A stretch of 48,714 bases of DNA, the filler included, from Bipalium vagum (taxonomy: Eukaryota): the NCBI GenBank assembly GCA_037834085.1. It is 2 parts of 2 records of this genome, joined end to end, with 100 filler letters (N's around TTAATTAATTAA, not from the genome) between each part and the next. Parts side by side here need not be neighbours in the genome. Positions count along the whole stretch, not along the records: positions 1 to 25,310 come from JBBMKC010195497.1; positions 25,411 to 48,714 come from JBBMKC010210817.1. One strand, given 5' to 3'. The position numbers were made by a program, and so were the translations under genes. Below the pieces are notes generated by a model that saw only the letters and a program-made list of their open reading frames with translations, had not been told where the DNA came from and did not search any database. Position 1 is the first letter of the stretch, and each line of letters starts with the position of its first letter. Below are positions 13,801 to 27,600 of this stretch, one piece after another.

Positions 13801-16800
13801 GACAAAAGTAATCATTTGGACATTAATTTTGATGTGGAATCCAGTGTGATTGTGTATGAAAAGATTGTAATATTTTCAATTATTGTTAAAAATAGGCTTG
13901 TCTACTTCATCTCATTATTTATTGATCATATTTGTTTTAATAAATATAATTATTCAAACAGTTTTTAAAATTTTTTCATAAAATATTATTAATTATATTG
14001 TTTATTCATCAAATTTTAAAGAAAATAATCTTACGATAGTAATTATTTCAACCCACAATATTATCAAACTTTTCCTGCGAATTAATTTTTTTACCGTGCT
14101 TTGTTGATTTGGTTATATACATGAGCATATAATTCTCCCTAATATTTTGTCTTATTATCAAATAATATTTATACGAGAAATTATTATACAATTTTTATTA
14201 AAATCTTTAAACCTCAAATCAAAACCAATATTTTGCTTCAAACTGATATAAATTCGTTTTATCGCAATTCGTTTTTATTCGTTTTTGACACGTTGTTCAA
14301 CCACATAAATTGTAAAGAATCCATTTGCAATGAGATTTATTAAAATATTTTGATATTTTTTGTGAATAGTAATAATTATTTGATATTTTATAGTGAAAAA
14401 CATTCATATTTGCTTATTTTATTTAGAAATTTTTAATAATTTCTTATTGAAAAATATATCAATAAATATATTCTTGAAATTATCAGATATTTATCTAAAA
14501 TTATTAGGACAAAATTATTATTTTAATTTTTTTAGTTACATAATATTTACAAAAATCAACTAAAAGCTATAAATTAAATAACTAAAAATAATTCATTTTT
14601 CAAATTAATTAGTAAAAGATATTTACTAAATATAAAATTTATTCGATTTTTTAAATAGCAGTAGGTCTCAGTATTCGAGATATTCCCTTTGGTTATCGGA
14701 TCCATTTATTACGTTGAATTTTATTTTCCAGATAATTTCGTATTAAATAATAACAGTTTCAAAGAAATATTTACCTTTGTAAAGTGTGTTAAGATTATCA
14801 CTAAAATGTGTTTTTCAAATTCCGATCATTATCAAATAATTTTACTTCTTTTAATTAAATAAAATACTCTTGAAATGCATTGTAAATTGCAAAATTAATA
14901 AAATTCTAAACTAACATACTCTAAGAATGGAATGAAACATGTTTCTGCCACTCAAAGACAAATAATTCGTTTTAAAATGTCATTTTTGATTTATTAATTG
15001 CTCTTTAAATGGATTATATTGGCAATTGTTTTTTTTAATAAATAATATTTGTTAAAAATATGATCAGTTGATTATTTTTTATTTTTTAAATCACTAAATA
15101 ATTTTTTATAATTAATTAATTATCTTTTTCAATTAAAATATATTATTGATTGCTCATGAAATGCACATACTTAATTTATTTAATTCATTAATAATATTTA
15201 AATTTAATTTAAATAATAATAATAATTTAAATATAATTAATAATTTGAAAATCCTGGAATTAACTGTTGAACTTATAATCATTAAGCAATTTTGATTAAA
15301 ATCAAAAAATAATCGATTTAAAAATTATACCTTTCAATAATATAATTAAAACAAAATTAAAGTGTAAAAATGCAAATAATTTTTTTATTTTAAGAAGTTT
15401 AATTGAATAATTAAAAATTTAATGAATTGGCAAATTTTCCTAATTCTTATGAATATTGTGAACCTCAAAAAGAGAATTTTAAAAGTTTTGACAATTTAGG
15501 TCTTATTCTAAATTAAAATTTCTAATCGATAAAAATAATAATAAAAATAACTATAATAATATGTAATGTAATAATAACATTATTATTAAATAAAAAGGTT
15601 TTTTTAAAATAAAATTATTTGTAACAGATATGTAACTATTAATATATATTATTAACGACCTTGAAATCATTGTTATTGTTTAATAAAAATTTATTGATGA
15701 TAAACATTGATTGTCTATTGTTTCTTAAGAAAATCTATAATTTGTCCATACTTGAATGATTGGTATTCTTGTACATTGATTCATGATCAAAGTTTAAGGA
15801 TGCTCGTGATCTGTGCTTCCATTTAAACTAAGTTAGCAGATTTTGAATGTTTATATTCAGATCGTGATACTAGATAAACTGTTTGTTGGATTCTGAGTAG
15901 ATAACCGGTTAAAATACATTTATACCCTTTACTCGAAGCATTTATTAAATAAATTTATATATTCAGATTGGTTAAAATATTTTTCCTCATAAAATCCACT
16001 TATAGATCTACAGGGTTGTGAGTATTTAATTGTAAGTTAATGTTGATTTATAATTAAAATCATTCAATTTATTGAAATTTTTTTTGAGTTGATTTGATTA
16101 TTTAATTGATTAATTTAAATCTTTCAAAGTATTTCATTTTAATTTATTAATTCATCCATTTGATTAATTTACGTTTATTAAAACAAATTCGATTTTATTT
16201 TATCTTTAATCAGTGACTGGAATTTATTTATTCATACCCTGAAAATTTTAATTGATTAATCGATTAATATTTAATTTATTTAAATATGGTAATATGGCTG
16301 AATCTGTACAGAATTTAAATAAATTATTTGTATTATAATTAATTGGTTTTATTTTTATTTTATTTTTCTGAATTATTCGACTTTAATGTCAATGAAATCG
16401 TATTTCAAGAATTTCTATTTTATATATTGAATTATTTCATTTAATTTATAAAATCGAATCTCTTTTGTTATCTATGTTCTTATTTTATACTTATTAAATA
16501 AATTTTATCAATCAAGATTTAAGTTATAGAAAATTAAATGTCATGTTCCCATAAGCTCTTCGTAATTAAATTCGTTAAATTATGACCTTTCCTCAATAAT
16601 AAACGTCAATATATCGATGTTTAATTTTGAAATTCCATACCACATGAAATTAATAGAAATTTATTTTTCATCAATTTTTGCAGGTGGAATTTTTTCCTAG
16701 ACTAATATTCAAATTAAAAAAAAAAGGTTAAAAAAATAGGACGTAAAATCTATTATTGTATAACATTGTTAATGTTTATTGCACAATAAAACAAATATTT

Positions 16801-19800
16801 TTCTTTTTTATCTTTGAAAATTACGAACATTCTTAAGTTTAAAATTTAATTTTATAAAAAAAATAATTAATAATAAACTAATAAATAAATAATTATTAAT
16901 AATAATAATATTAGTAATAATAATAACAATAATTATAGTAATAATAATAATAAAATAGTAAATCATTGATATTGATTTATAAATCCAAAGAAATGATGTT
17001 TGATAAATAAAGCAATTAGACAAAATTAAAGAAATTTGTTTTCTATTGATTGATTCCAGACTCTTGAGACTTATGATGCTACTAAAATAATTGAAAGATT
17101 TCATTTAAAAAATTTTTTTAGATATTCATTGTATACAGTAGCATTAAAATATATTTAAATTAAAATTATTGAATTATTTAATCAATGATCAAATTTGATT
17201 TATAATCAAATTCGATAAATAATAATAAAAATGTTAATGAAAATAATATTGGTAAGTTAAAAAATAAATACATTCAATAACTGGAGAAACATGTTTTAGG
17301 CGTTGATTTAATTTACCGAGACTAATTCAAAATATATCAATAATAATAAAATCAATCAAGGTGTACTTGATTGCATTTTAAATATAATTCTTAGAATAAT
17401 CCTTAAATAAATATAATCAATACCTGCATAATTATGATTTTCAGAAAAATTATACGTAATAAGTGGATGGCATATAAATTAAAAAGTGTATATAAAATAT
17501 TTTTATAAAGTAAATTTCACAGAATAAATAATTTATTTTTCATTATAATTAGAATTGTTTCAGTCTTTATTTAATGTGAAAATGAGTCTGAAAAATAGTA
17601 CTTAAGACTTTTTTCACAAATTTAAACTATTTTGACAAAAATAATCAATCACCTGAAATTATGAATTTAAATAATTTCAATAACGTTATCTTGAAATTTT
17701 CAAAGAAGATAGCGAAAAGAAATAAATATATAAAATATATAGAAATAAATAAATAAAAATATATCTCTCAGTGTCTGATATTTAATGTTTTTTTCTTGAA
17801 AAATAATAGAGAAAAGAAGATGAAGAAGAACAAAAACAAGTCGTTTGTCGACCTAGGTCCAAAAAAGCTGCAGCAAATTCATTCAAAAGAAAATCCGTAA
17901 GCTTTGATTGCCCAGGAGTTCCGTCGAAAAATTTCATCCAAGAACTGAGAGAAATTCCTCGAAAATGGGGTCTTCTTGGATCAGAATCACGACTTTTCGG
18001 TGACATGATGGCAGTGTTCGAGTGTGGTAGAAAAGAAAGTTTTGTGGGTACTCCGGGATTTTCAGATATTTGTTCTGTTACAGATGATGCAACCAGATTC
18101 AGAGGTAGAAATTCCTTTTCATCTCATTTTCCTTTTAAATTAAATAGCGAAATAGTAATAGTTAATAATACTAAAAATAAAATCGATTAATTTAGTGATT
18201 AGCAATAGAATAAGATTTATTTTAGTTCTGTTTATTTAGATCGCTTTTTAAATTTAATAGGTTGATCATAGGTTGACTTGATTTTTATTCTCTTTATTTT
18301 TGAAACTTAAATGATAAATACTCGATTAATATCTTATGAAACTTTTATGACTTTTGTTTAATGAAAATTAAATATTATTTATGAAAATCCTATTCTAAAA
18401 TCACTTAAATTTCCAATAAATAAAATACATTAATGATCTCTATTTCGATTTTTATAAATCATCGGAAAGTGAATTTAAAAATTTTTCCGTGTACTTTCAA
18501 ATGAGAAAACAATATGCAGTTTTCCAGTCTTAGTTCAAATCAAATTTTTTCGCAAATCGATATAATAAAAAATATATTACGTGATATATTTTTGATTTAA
18601 AATAGAATTTGTCACGGTAAAATTGATTTTTTTAAAATTAATAAAAATAATTTGTTAAGTAATTTTTTATATAAAAATCGATAAATGAATAATAAATATG
18701 ATTATCTTGTTTTGGTTATCTGTATAATGAAATGCTACTTTGTTTATTTTATGTCGTTTACCGAGCGAAATTTTACATTTTCTGAATTTTTAAGCGCAAT
18801 TTTCTGAAGTGTTTTTAATTTTTTGTTAATTGTTACTATTTCCAAGTCTGCAATTTTCCTAACAACTTCATTTGATGGTAACAGTCAGCATATCTTAATT
18901 CGCATTTACATGCAATTAATTTTCTTGAATAATAAATTTCTCGAAAATTATTTTTTTGTAGATTTTTAGTATGTTGTGACAGGGAAAACTCGAGAAATCT
19001 GAAAATTCAGTAATCTCTTAATTTTTTCTTCATGTCTGAAAACCAAAAATTTGATAAAATTGAGTTTCCATTATTTAATCTGAAAATGATCATTGGTATG
19101 AAATGAATACTGAACAGAAAATATTCCAATGTCAATTGTCCCAATTGACATTCGTCCTTGAACATAGAAATACCAGAAATGTTTCTATGTCAATAATGGG
19201 CAATTTATTGATTATTGATAAAATGACTAATTTATCCATTCATCATGTGATGTGGCAATGATTGTGACAAATTGGTTTAATTGGCTTAAAGTGATTATTA
19301 AAATATTCTGAACCGGGTTGTCTCTAGAAAAATTGTTTATTTTCCCCAGCTGATCATTATTAGAATTTATTATCTGTTTATCTCCACTAAGTTCGTTTCC
19401 CCGACCGAATTGGAAACAAAATTTGTACTATTTGTGTTGGCTTCAGTGCGCGTCGTACGATGTTTGTGTGCGTGTGTGTATGTCTGTCTCTGTGTTGGTG
19501 TGTGTTGATGAATTCTACCTCCATTTTCCCCTCATGAATTTATTATTATTATTATGGTTATCAATGCAGTATACCACGAAAATTGATTGATTTTCTATAA
19601 ATTTCCTTTTTTATTTATTATAAAATCAATCTGTTATAATTTTTATAATTTTACACAACTTCGAATTTTTTTCAGGATATTGATTTTTATTTTGATGAAC
19701 TATAAAAATTATTATATGTTCTACAATGTTAATTTAAAATTAATTTCCATTTTTTGAAATTGATATTTCTAGAAATATTTGCTTTGTCATTGAATAATAT

Positions 19801-22673
19801 TTGAAATTAGTATTTTTGTAAAATGTAAATGAGTTTTAAGATCAATAAAAATAATTCACAATTGTATATTTTCGAGTAAGAATAAAAATATTTTATTAAT
19901 TAATTATTATCAATTTTTTTTAATAAATAAACATTAAAATTATAGGGTCAAAAGATGAATGCGCAATTTACACTTCCATTTTAGTCGTTTTTAATTCTTC
20001 AATTGTGAAAAATTCTTTTTTAATTAATCTATATTTTCTTAAGCAAATAAAAAATTTCCGACGAATTTATAATTTCGTAATTAACTTGGGAAACACCCAA
20101 AAATATCTTTCATAATCAAGAGAAAATTTAGAACTGAGATTTAATGGATTAATAAATTTCAACGTTTTTAATTCTATAGTGAGAATATTTTATGATCGAT
20201 AAATATTTTAAAAATTGTGTCGGTATGACAAAATGGAATAATTTTCCGAGAAAAATATTGAATTTGATTTTATAGATTTTTTCAAAATGAGATGATATGA
20301 TAAATAATGATTTTAACAATATATAATTTTTATTTTTATGACAATTACGGTTTTTTTAGAAAGTTAAAATTTATTTTTCACAATTTTCTCTTCGGTCTTT
20401 AATTTATGTAACCATTGATTGGTTTAATATACTTAAAATAAATAAAAAAATAAAATGGTTTTTGATTTTGATTTTCCGTAGACTTGAACAGTAGAAATTC
20501 TCAATTTCTAAAAATACTTTGCTGGGAAAAATAATTCGATTCTCTTTCTACAGAAATTACGACAATCCGGGCATTTGTTATTTTCCAGTTGACGTTTTTG
20601 AATTGATCTGATCTCCTGGTTTTTTATTAATTCTGATTTTTAGTTTTAAAGCAATTTTCTCAGTTTCTGAAATCGATTATTAGTTTGTAACAGAATTTTT
20701 TGTTTCATTGTTTAGTTTTCCTAATTTTATTCAGCGATTCTCACTTTTTATTAACTTTTAGTATAGAGTATTATGTAAAATCCATAAAAATTTGGAAATC
20801 GGTACAAAATTATGTTTTTTGTTTTTCAATAGTAAAAATCAATTTTGTAAGATTTAGTCCATAAATAATTTTTTATGTTACTTAGAAATTTTGAAAATTA
20901 AATTGGGAACTATAAAGAAAGATCTGTTACAGAAATATTTTAAAATCATTCTGGTTAAGATAATTTTTCTTTTAGTTCTTTCCCATTGGTTTTAGAACTA
21001 TTATTTTTCTGAATTCCATTTTTTCAGATTTCCCAGAACGCATCCAATTTTATGTTTTTGACATTCACAAAATTTTGTTCGATTTATGATAAATGTCTTG
21101 GTTTTTGTTCCTGACAAAAAAATTTTGATATGCATTGAGATCTGCGTGTCTACTGTTAAGACAGAAATGTATCTGCCTTATTTTTCTTTTTCCTTGTTAA
21201 TTGATTTATAATAATCTCTAATAAAATTTTAATATTCGTTATCGATTGACTTTTGCTGATTTATTTCATTATCAATTTTTACCTCACTGAATTATAATTT
21301 TTCAATAATCAATATGGTACTTACATATCACATCCATCATAATGAAATAAAATATTAAAAAAATGATCAATATTAATCTTTAACTTAAGTTTAATATCTG
21401 AATTAGATGTCTATTAGAACTATTGATTATTTCTATAAAATACTTAATTTTTTTCTAATTCTAGTCATTTATAATTAAAGTTTTTAAATTTCTTTTAATA
21501 TAAAGCTGATATCGTTTTGTGACTTTGCTGTTCCCTACAGGTATGGTAAACGAAGTAATTAGAGCAGTGAAACAGATTTCTGAACGTTTGTCGATTGGTA
21601 CTTCGAATGGAACGGAAAAAGTGTGCACATTGCAAATGAATAACATATTCCAATCTCAGTTGGCCATGCTATGTGAAATGGTCAGCAATGGTGACGCTCC
21701 AGAATCCCCATTGACAACTGCTATTGACAACCTGATAGCTTTGATGTCCGACGGATTGGTGGTTACTTCCTTTTCTAACAAGAAAGTTCGCATCTCTTCA
21801 ACGTCGGCCAACAAGGCTGCCATGCGTCTCTGGTTGTTAGTTGAAGAAACTTGTCGAAATCCTGGAACCCAAAGTACCTCTCGAAAAGCAGAACTTTCTG
21901 AACTATTGCGAGAAGTTCGACAAATGATTACAAATATCTCATCGTCGTCCAAGGACCATCAGTTGAGGCTGAGAGCTTTTATTGCCAGTGCTCTGAAATC
22001 TGGCCTGTTGCATGTTTGGATTCGCTCAGTCGTTGCCAATGAAACGGCTTTGCAGAGATTTTATTGTCCCGAAGCATTTCTACGTCAGGCTCGATGTGGT
22101 CAAAGTGATGCTCTGGCAGCGCTAACAGTCAGTCTCAAAGCTCTCACGTCTGCATCGCCCAGTCCCAATGTAAATTCATCAAATCCATCAGCACCCACAA
22201 TTTCCCGACCGGTCGTTCCTCCTCCGGTGAGAATCGCCCGCAGAATTATATCTGGTCCTTCGTCATCGTCGTCGAAAACGTCGTCCAACAAATTGTCCTC
22301 GAAACAGTCGTCACAGAAGCCTTTATATTCCGAAGAAAATACAGAAAGTGAATCGTGCGCCGATGAATCCCGCTCGTCTCAAAGCGAGTGCCCGCCCAAT
22401 CGCGATGTCAGTAATAACAACAATATCTTTTCTCGTGCCACTCATCCACGAACTGTGAAGAAGTCCAGTTCATCTCATTTCCACTCCAATCTGTCCGACA
22501 GCAGTGCTCCTCGAAACTTTTCAACGAGAAGTCCCATCAAATCGCTGACAAATCAAAATTTTCACTTTCCCATATCTGCCACCAGACACAGCGCTACCGT
22601 TCCGGTGCCAGTCAAAACGATTCGTACTCAACCGGTCGTGTCTCGTGCAAAGCCGCCGTCTAAACACAAATAA
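10888..22673 (+). CDS. RUN-domain protein of the RUSC1/RUSC2 (NESCA/iporin) type, ~946 aa
   Basis: Exons 10888-12300 (preceded by ttttag, followed by gttagt), 17810-18104 (atag / gtagaa) and 21541-22673 (ctacag), with phases 0 and 1 matching. Last exon has RUN blocks: LIALMSDGL, LWLLVEET, RLRAFIASALKSGLLHVWI, LQRFYCPEAFLRQARCG, followed by a Ser/Pro-rich tail. Joining exon 1 rests on splice signals and phase only. Confidence 0.7.
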
Positions 22674-25232
22674 AAGACAAAAATCTATTTTCTCTTTTCA
22701 AATTTTAAGTAAGTTTCAAAAGATAAACAAGTAAAAATCAAAATTCTCCTGTCTCAAAAAGAAGTCTGTCTCAATTGATATTTTTTTGTTTTTTGTCGGC
22801 GAAACCGTCATCAATCTTAAGCAAAGGCAGATGAAATATTCAGCGATGATTTTATCGGTTTTTATTTTCAAATTTTCTATCATCACCTTTTAGTTTTTCT
22901 TTAATCTCTGTGGCTATTGTCTCACATTAAGCATTTGTATTGGTTATTTTAGCGCAGCTCTCTGTCTCTCTCTCACTGATTGGTCGTTTTTGTGCATGTT
23001 TACCAAGGGTAAGATAGTTTAGGTTTTGAGCACAATTGATTAAAAATCGAAAATTAAAACGTTGTGTGATCCAATCGAGTCATTTCGTGGTTACATGATT
23101 TTAGATAAATCTATTGTTTAGTATTGATTTTGTGATGTGCTCCAAAAAAGGCACTGGTTTGCATTGCCTTGTTACGCGCTTTTTGGATTGTGTTTGTCAA
23201 TTGTGCGTGCGCGCCTTATTCTGAAATACTGGGTTTCAAAATCATCAAAACCGACCTGAAATCGATTCTTACTCTTGGACTTTAGCTTGTTTTTTTCAAA
23301 TAATTTAATTGAGTCTTTCATATTTTGTGCATGTCGAGGAGACCGTATCTGGGTCTGTGTTCCGGTTTTTGTATTATTTAAATGAAACTGTGTTGTGATT
23401 GCATGGTATTTTTGTGTGGCCGTTTCCGGTTCCTTGTTCAAGATTTTTTGTGGTCGATGCCTAAATATTGGAAGAGATCTTCTTTCTCTTATAATAATGA
23501 GGAAGATTGGAAAACATTGTTCTAAATTTCACCGACTCTTGTGCCGACTTTAAATCTATTTTATTTGATAGATAAATCAATTTATTATTATATTGTTACA
23601 TATTTATGTGACAATGAGCATGTTTGTCCAGGATGTGATACCGCGAGATGTTCTAATCTGTGTTAATCATTTTCTTTGCTTTTTCAATCGACATATTTAG
23701 AGCTAGAGCTTTGTTTTCAATCGATTCTAGAGTCTAGGTCCTAGTCCTTTCTCAACAATTCTTTATTATCTCATGTATTTGAAAAATTATTATTATTAAT
23801 CTGGTCAGAGGAAAATTGTGTTTATCTTCTGGTTTTATTGTGTATATTTTACATTGGAAAAATTTTTTGATGAGAAATATATGAACAATTGAGTTTTTTA
23901 CTTGTCTTTGATTTTTCACTGATTTCCTCAAAATTGATCTAATATTGTGATTTGGCTTATCGGAGGTTTTTTCATATTTAATTTTTCTTTTAAGACATAA
24001 AATAGAATTATTTTGCTCTTTTCTACAGTAAGTATTTTGCTAACATGGTTTTCTTTGAAAATTCATTTTTCCAATTAAGTGGCACCCTAACTTTTGAGCA
24101 TTTTTTTTCAAAAATTTTATCATTAAATTTGGTTATTGAGATTATAAAGGGTCAATGTAATTCTTCAGTTGAATGGACTTGTATTTCCAAGAAAATTGGC
24201 AGAACTGAAGACATAGTTTTAGACATTTTATAATTAAATTATGAAAAATCAAAATAATATTTTATAATATTATCAGTTAATTTATTTTAAATAGAAAAAT
24301 ATTTATCTGTTTCCTATTTCTTTCTGCTAAGTTATGCATTAATATAGAGGTTTTATGTCTGATTTATTTTATTATTACTAATATATATTTTACTTTATTT
24401 ATATTAATATAAATTACATTAATTTATAATTTTAAAATAAATTTTTCATGTTATGGCTGTGAATATTTAAACAGATTGTAGAATTATTAAAATCCCTATT
24501 ATGTACCTTATTATTAATTAATAATAATTAATAAAAATAAAAATTTTTTTTATTTTAAAGATTTATTTTTTAGATTCCAAAATGATATTTTGTAAAAATT
24601 GATGTTGGAGATAAAAAGGTACATTATACTATTTATTAAATAGACAGTTTTTGTTCAAACAATACATTTTTATTCAACACATGACATTTCTTGATATTAC
24701 GGCTAACAATGGCAATAATTTTTGATATTGTGTATATCAGTAAGATTTTTTTCATGAAGCCACATAACTCAAAATTTCGTCAATATAGACAAAGTAAAAG
24801 TTTTTGATTTTACATAATTATTGAGGAAAGCTTTTCTTAAATGAGTGAAAGAATTGTAAAATTCAGAAAAAAAGGGTGCAAAGGCGATTTTTTTTATTTC
24901 AACACTTGAATACTTATTAGGTTATTTTGCAACATGGGGTCCGAAGTGATTATTTTTTGACAGATTCGGAATCTGGTTTATTCATATAAAATATCTATTA
25001 TCCTTCCCAATGACAATAAGATTATTTGTTCAAATGACTGTTGAACAAATTAGTAAAAAATTCGGAACTTTGATTTTGATAATTTCATTTAAAACACAGA
25101 ATCAAGATCTAAGGTTGAACTTTTTTCAACAAATAAATGAACTTCATTACTGTTTATTGGGAACTTTGTTGATTTTTTATTACCAAAGCTTGTTATTTTA
25201 AAATGTTAGGCTCTCATAATCGTGAATAACAT

Positions 25233-25233
25233 A

Positions 25234-25302
<69 letters not shown>
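25233..25302. repeat. (AAT)n microsatellite at the contig end
   Basis: Perfect tandem repeat immediately before the N gap. Confidence 0.9.
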
Positions 25303-25307
<5 letters not shown>

Positions 25308-25310
25308 AAT

Positions 25311-25410
25311 NNNNNNNNNNNNNNNNNNNNNNNNNNNNNNNNNNNNNNNNNNNNTTAATTAATTAANNNNNNNNNNNNNNNNNNNNNNNNNNNNNNNNNN
25401 NNNNNNNNNN
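25311..25410. other. Scaffold gap with artificial TTAATTAATTAA six-frame stop linker
   Basis: 44 N + TTAATTAATTAA + 44 N = exactly 100 bp. The palindromic 12-mer gives TAA in all six frames. Confidence 0.9.
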
Positions 25411-26062
25411 GTCGGTCAATCCTTCAGATATTTTGTTGATCGCATTATATGTTGTTGCTGCAGCTGTACCCGCATTTTCTGAAATTAACTTTACCGGTAT
25501 ATTTTTGTCAAAATCTCGGCGGATTGTTCTTAGAATATTTTTATTAATGGAGGCTTGCTTCTTTCGACAAAAGTTATCATGCATCTTTATTTCATCTTCC
25601 ATCTTATTTGATTTTTACAAATTTAGGTGAACAAATTCAAACAAAAACAATCGAATATTTCTTCTATATATTTTGAATAATTTTCTATATATTTTTGCAT
25701 AGAATTATATATATTTTGAATATTTTTCTATATATATTTCTGCATAACCCTGTAATCTAAATCTAATTTATTTAGTAAATTCATTTTTTAAAACAAATTT
25801 TTAAAAATTTTAAGTAATAAAGCACGTCAAATAATAATATTTGGCAATTAACAGAATATTTCATAGATGAAGCCTACAATTATCATTTTTGGCTATTAAG
25901 AGAATAGGCAAATAAGATAAAAATTACTGTATTTTATTTAAAACTAATTTATAACGTTAGCTAAAGTTATTTCAACTAATCCCAAATGAGGATAATTTCA
26001 AATTTAGTCAGCCAACTCCAATCAATACTTAAAAGGTAAAATAATAAAGTTCTGTCAGATTC

Positions 26063-27300
26063 CAGTTCGTCTAGAAAAATTAACACCATTACTGTCTTAA
26101 TGCATTATCTCAGTTTTTTTACTTTTTATTCATAAAACATGATACAAACTAGAAGAAAAGCACAAACTTTAACAAATACTTAATATTTTGGGTGTCTGTA
26201 TTTTTTTAACTTTAAGTTCTGTTATCCTATTTGGCATAGAAAATATTTTTTGCTCAAATTAAGAGATAATTCACTATTCCGTTCTTTAAATATGGAGGAA
26301 ATTTTTTTAGTCTTTAAGTTTAATTTTTTTCTCATTATCCCTCACAGATTTTCCATGGGATTCAAATCTGGATGTTAGGAGGCCAGAATTCATAAGACAA
26401 CCATTTTTAACTTTTTTGATATATTACCTGGTGCATTGTCGTCTTGAAATTTAAAGTCATCAAAATTAAACCAGAAAAATAATCTCTAGCTGAATTAATT
26501 AGAGATCCTTCTAAAGTATTTATATAACACAGAATTAATAGTACCCACGCAAATTTGAAGTCTTCCCACAACATTATTGGTTAAAGAGCCTCCATTCTAC
26601 GCTATCAGAAAATTTTTTAGTTAATGTTATAATCTTCAATTGTCTTCTAATTTTCTGCTATCCATAGCTTTACGGATTCTCATTTAATACTTTAAATTTT
26701 TTAAAACTATGTTAGACCATGTGTGAAACCTTACATAAAATTCTTTCTAAATTAAGATATGAGAAACAAAGAACTTGACTGTCTTTGTCTTTTTCACTTT
26801 TTAATTCCTTCAAAAAATCTGGCTCTAACCTTAGTTCTACCTATATTAACTCTCAGTTCCTCATTACATTTTCTAAGATATCGACTTGTCTTTGCAAATC
26901 TATTTAAAAATCGGCAGTCTCCTGTGGTCACCTTTTCCTACCGCTATCAGGTCGCCACTTACATGATCTGGAAACTATAAATTACTTAAAGGATCTAGAT
27001 AACGTTGGATGACCTATTGCTAGCTTTCTTCCAATATCTTTTTTATTGCAACCCTCTTCTTTAAGTGCAATAATCTTTCCATGCTTAGCATCAGTAATAA
27101 CTTTATTTTTTCTCATGACAGTTAAAAAATATATCCAAAAAGATTTTTTAAAAAATCTTTTTGAAACAGCGTAATATTTATTTAGAATACTTAATACATA
27201 AATTAAAAATATAGGCAATAAATATATTACAATATCACTTCATGATAGAGAAAATATTCATATTTGTGTATCATTGGTACTAATATTTCCGGACGAACTG
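26063..27300 (-). mobile_element. Near-full-length degenerate Tc1-like transposon
   Basis: Imperfect TIRs: CAGTTCGTCTAGAAAAATTAACACCATT (from 26063) and CAGTTCGTCCGGAAATATTAGTACCAAT (reverse, from 27300), with TA on the right. Minus strand has an HTH segment KIIALKEEG..KDIGRKL, FQDDNAP and WPPN.PDLNPMENL. Confidence 0.85.
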
Positions 27301-27369
27301 TAAATACCATAGATAGTTTGATTAAAGCAGTTAATATTTCTATAGATACATCACATTTTAACATGATCT

Positions 27370-27600
27370 TTCAATAGCAGCGATCAAATTTTCTAACGAA
27401 TCTTGAAATGGAATAAAAATTCGATTCTCTTGATTAGTGTGCGAAGTTCGACATTATGGTTTGATCATGCTGAATTCCGGAACAGGTGAAAAATCCAAAA
27501 TGACACCAAAACTGATTTCTTGAATGTTTCATCGTCCATAATTTTCTACGTATAGCCACAGCAATTACTGTAGAATAATACCAACAGATAGAAGAAAATC
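27370..27600 (-). mobile_element. Merlin/ISXO2-like transposase fragment
   Basis: Frameshifted minus-strand GII.YSNCCGY ... GIQH..NHNVE ... HTNQ resembles the GTIIYSDCW..Y / H..VNHS / HTN.IE motif series. Confidence 0.35.

Larger units (their letters stand above)
24590..25753 (-). mobile_element. Degenerate IS630-Tc1-family DNA transposon fragments on both sides of the scaffold gap
   Basis: The end at ~25753 reads TA-CAGGGTTATGCAG on -, followed by AT-rich subterminal repeats and an HTH-like ORF (25602 downward). Left of the gap is a PP(Y/F)APFLN-like remnant near 24860-24890. Both sides may or may not be the same copy. Confidence 0.5.

Noticed and set aside
17782-18006. Minus-strand 74-aa ORF
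   Set aside because: Antisense to the plus-strand exon 17810-18104.
21461-22291. Minus-strand ORFs 21461-21646, 21656-21952 and 22100-22291
   Set aside because: Antisense shadows of the RUN-domain exon.
22674-23900. ORF 23172-23441 and other GC-richer sequence after the RUN gene
   Set aside because: No recognizable motif or splice-consistent exon; more likely 3' UTR.
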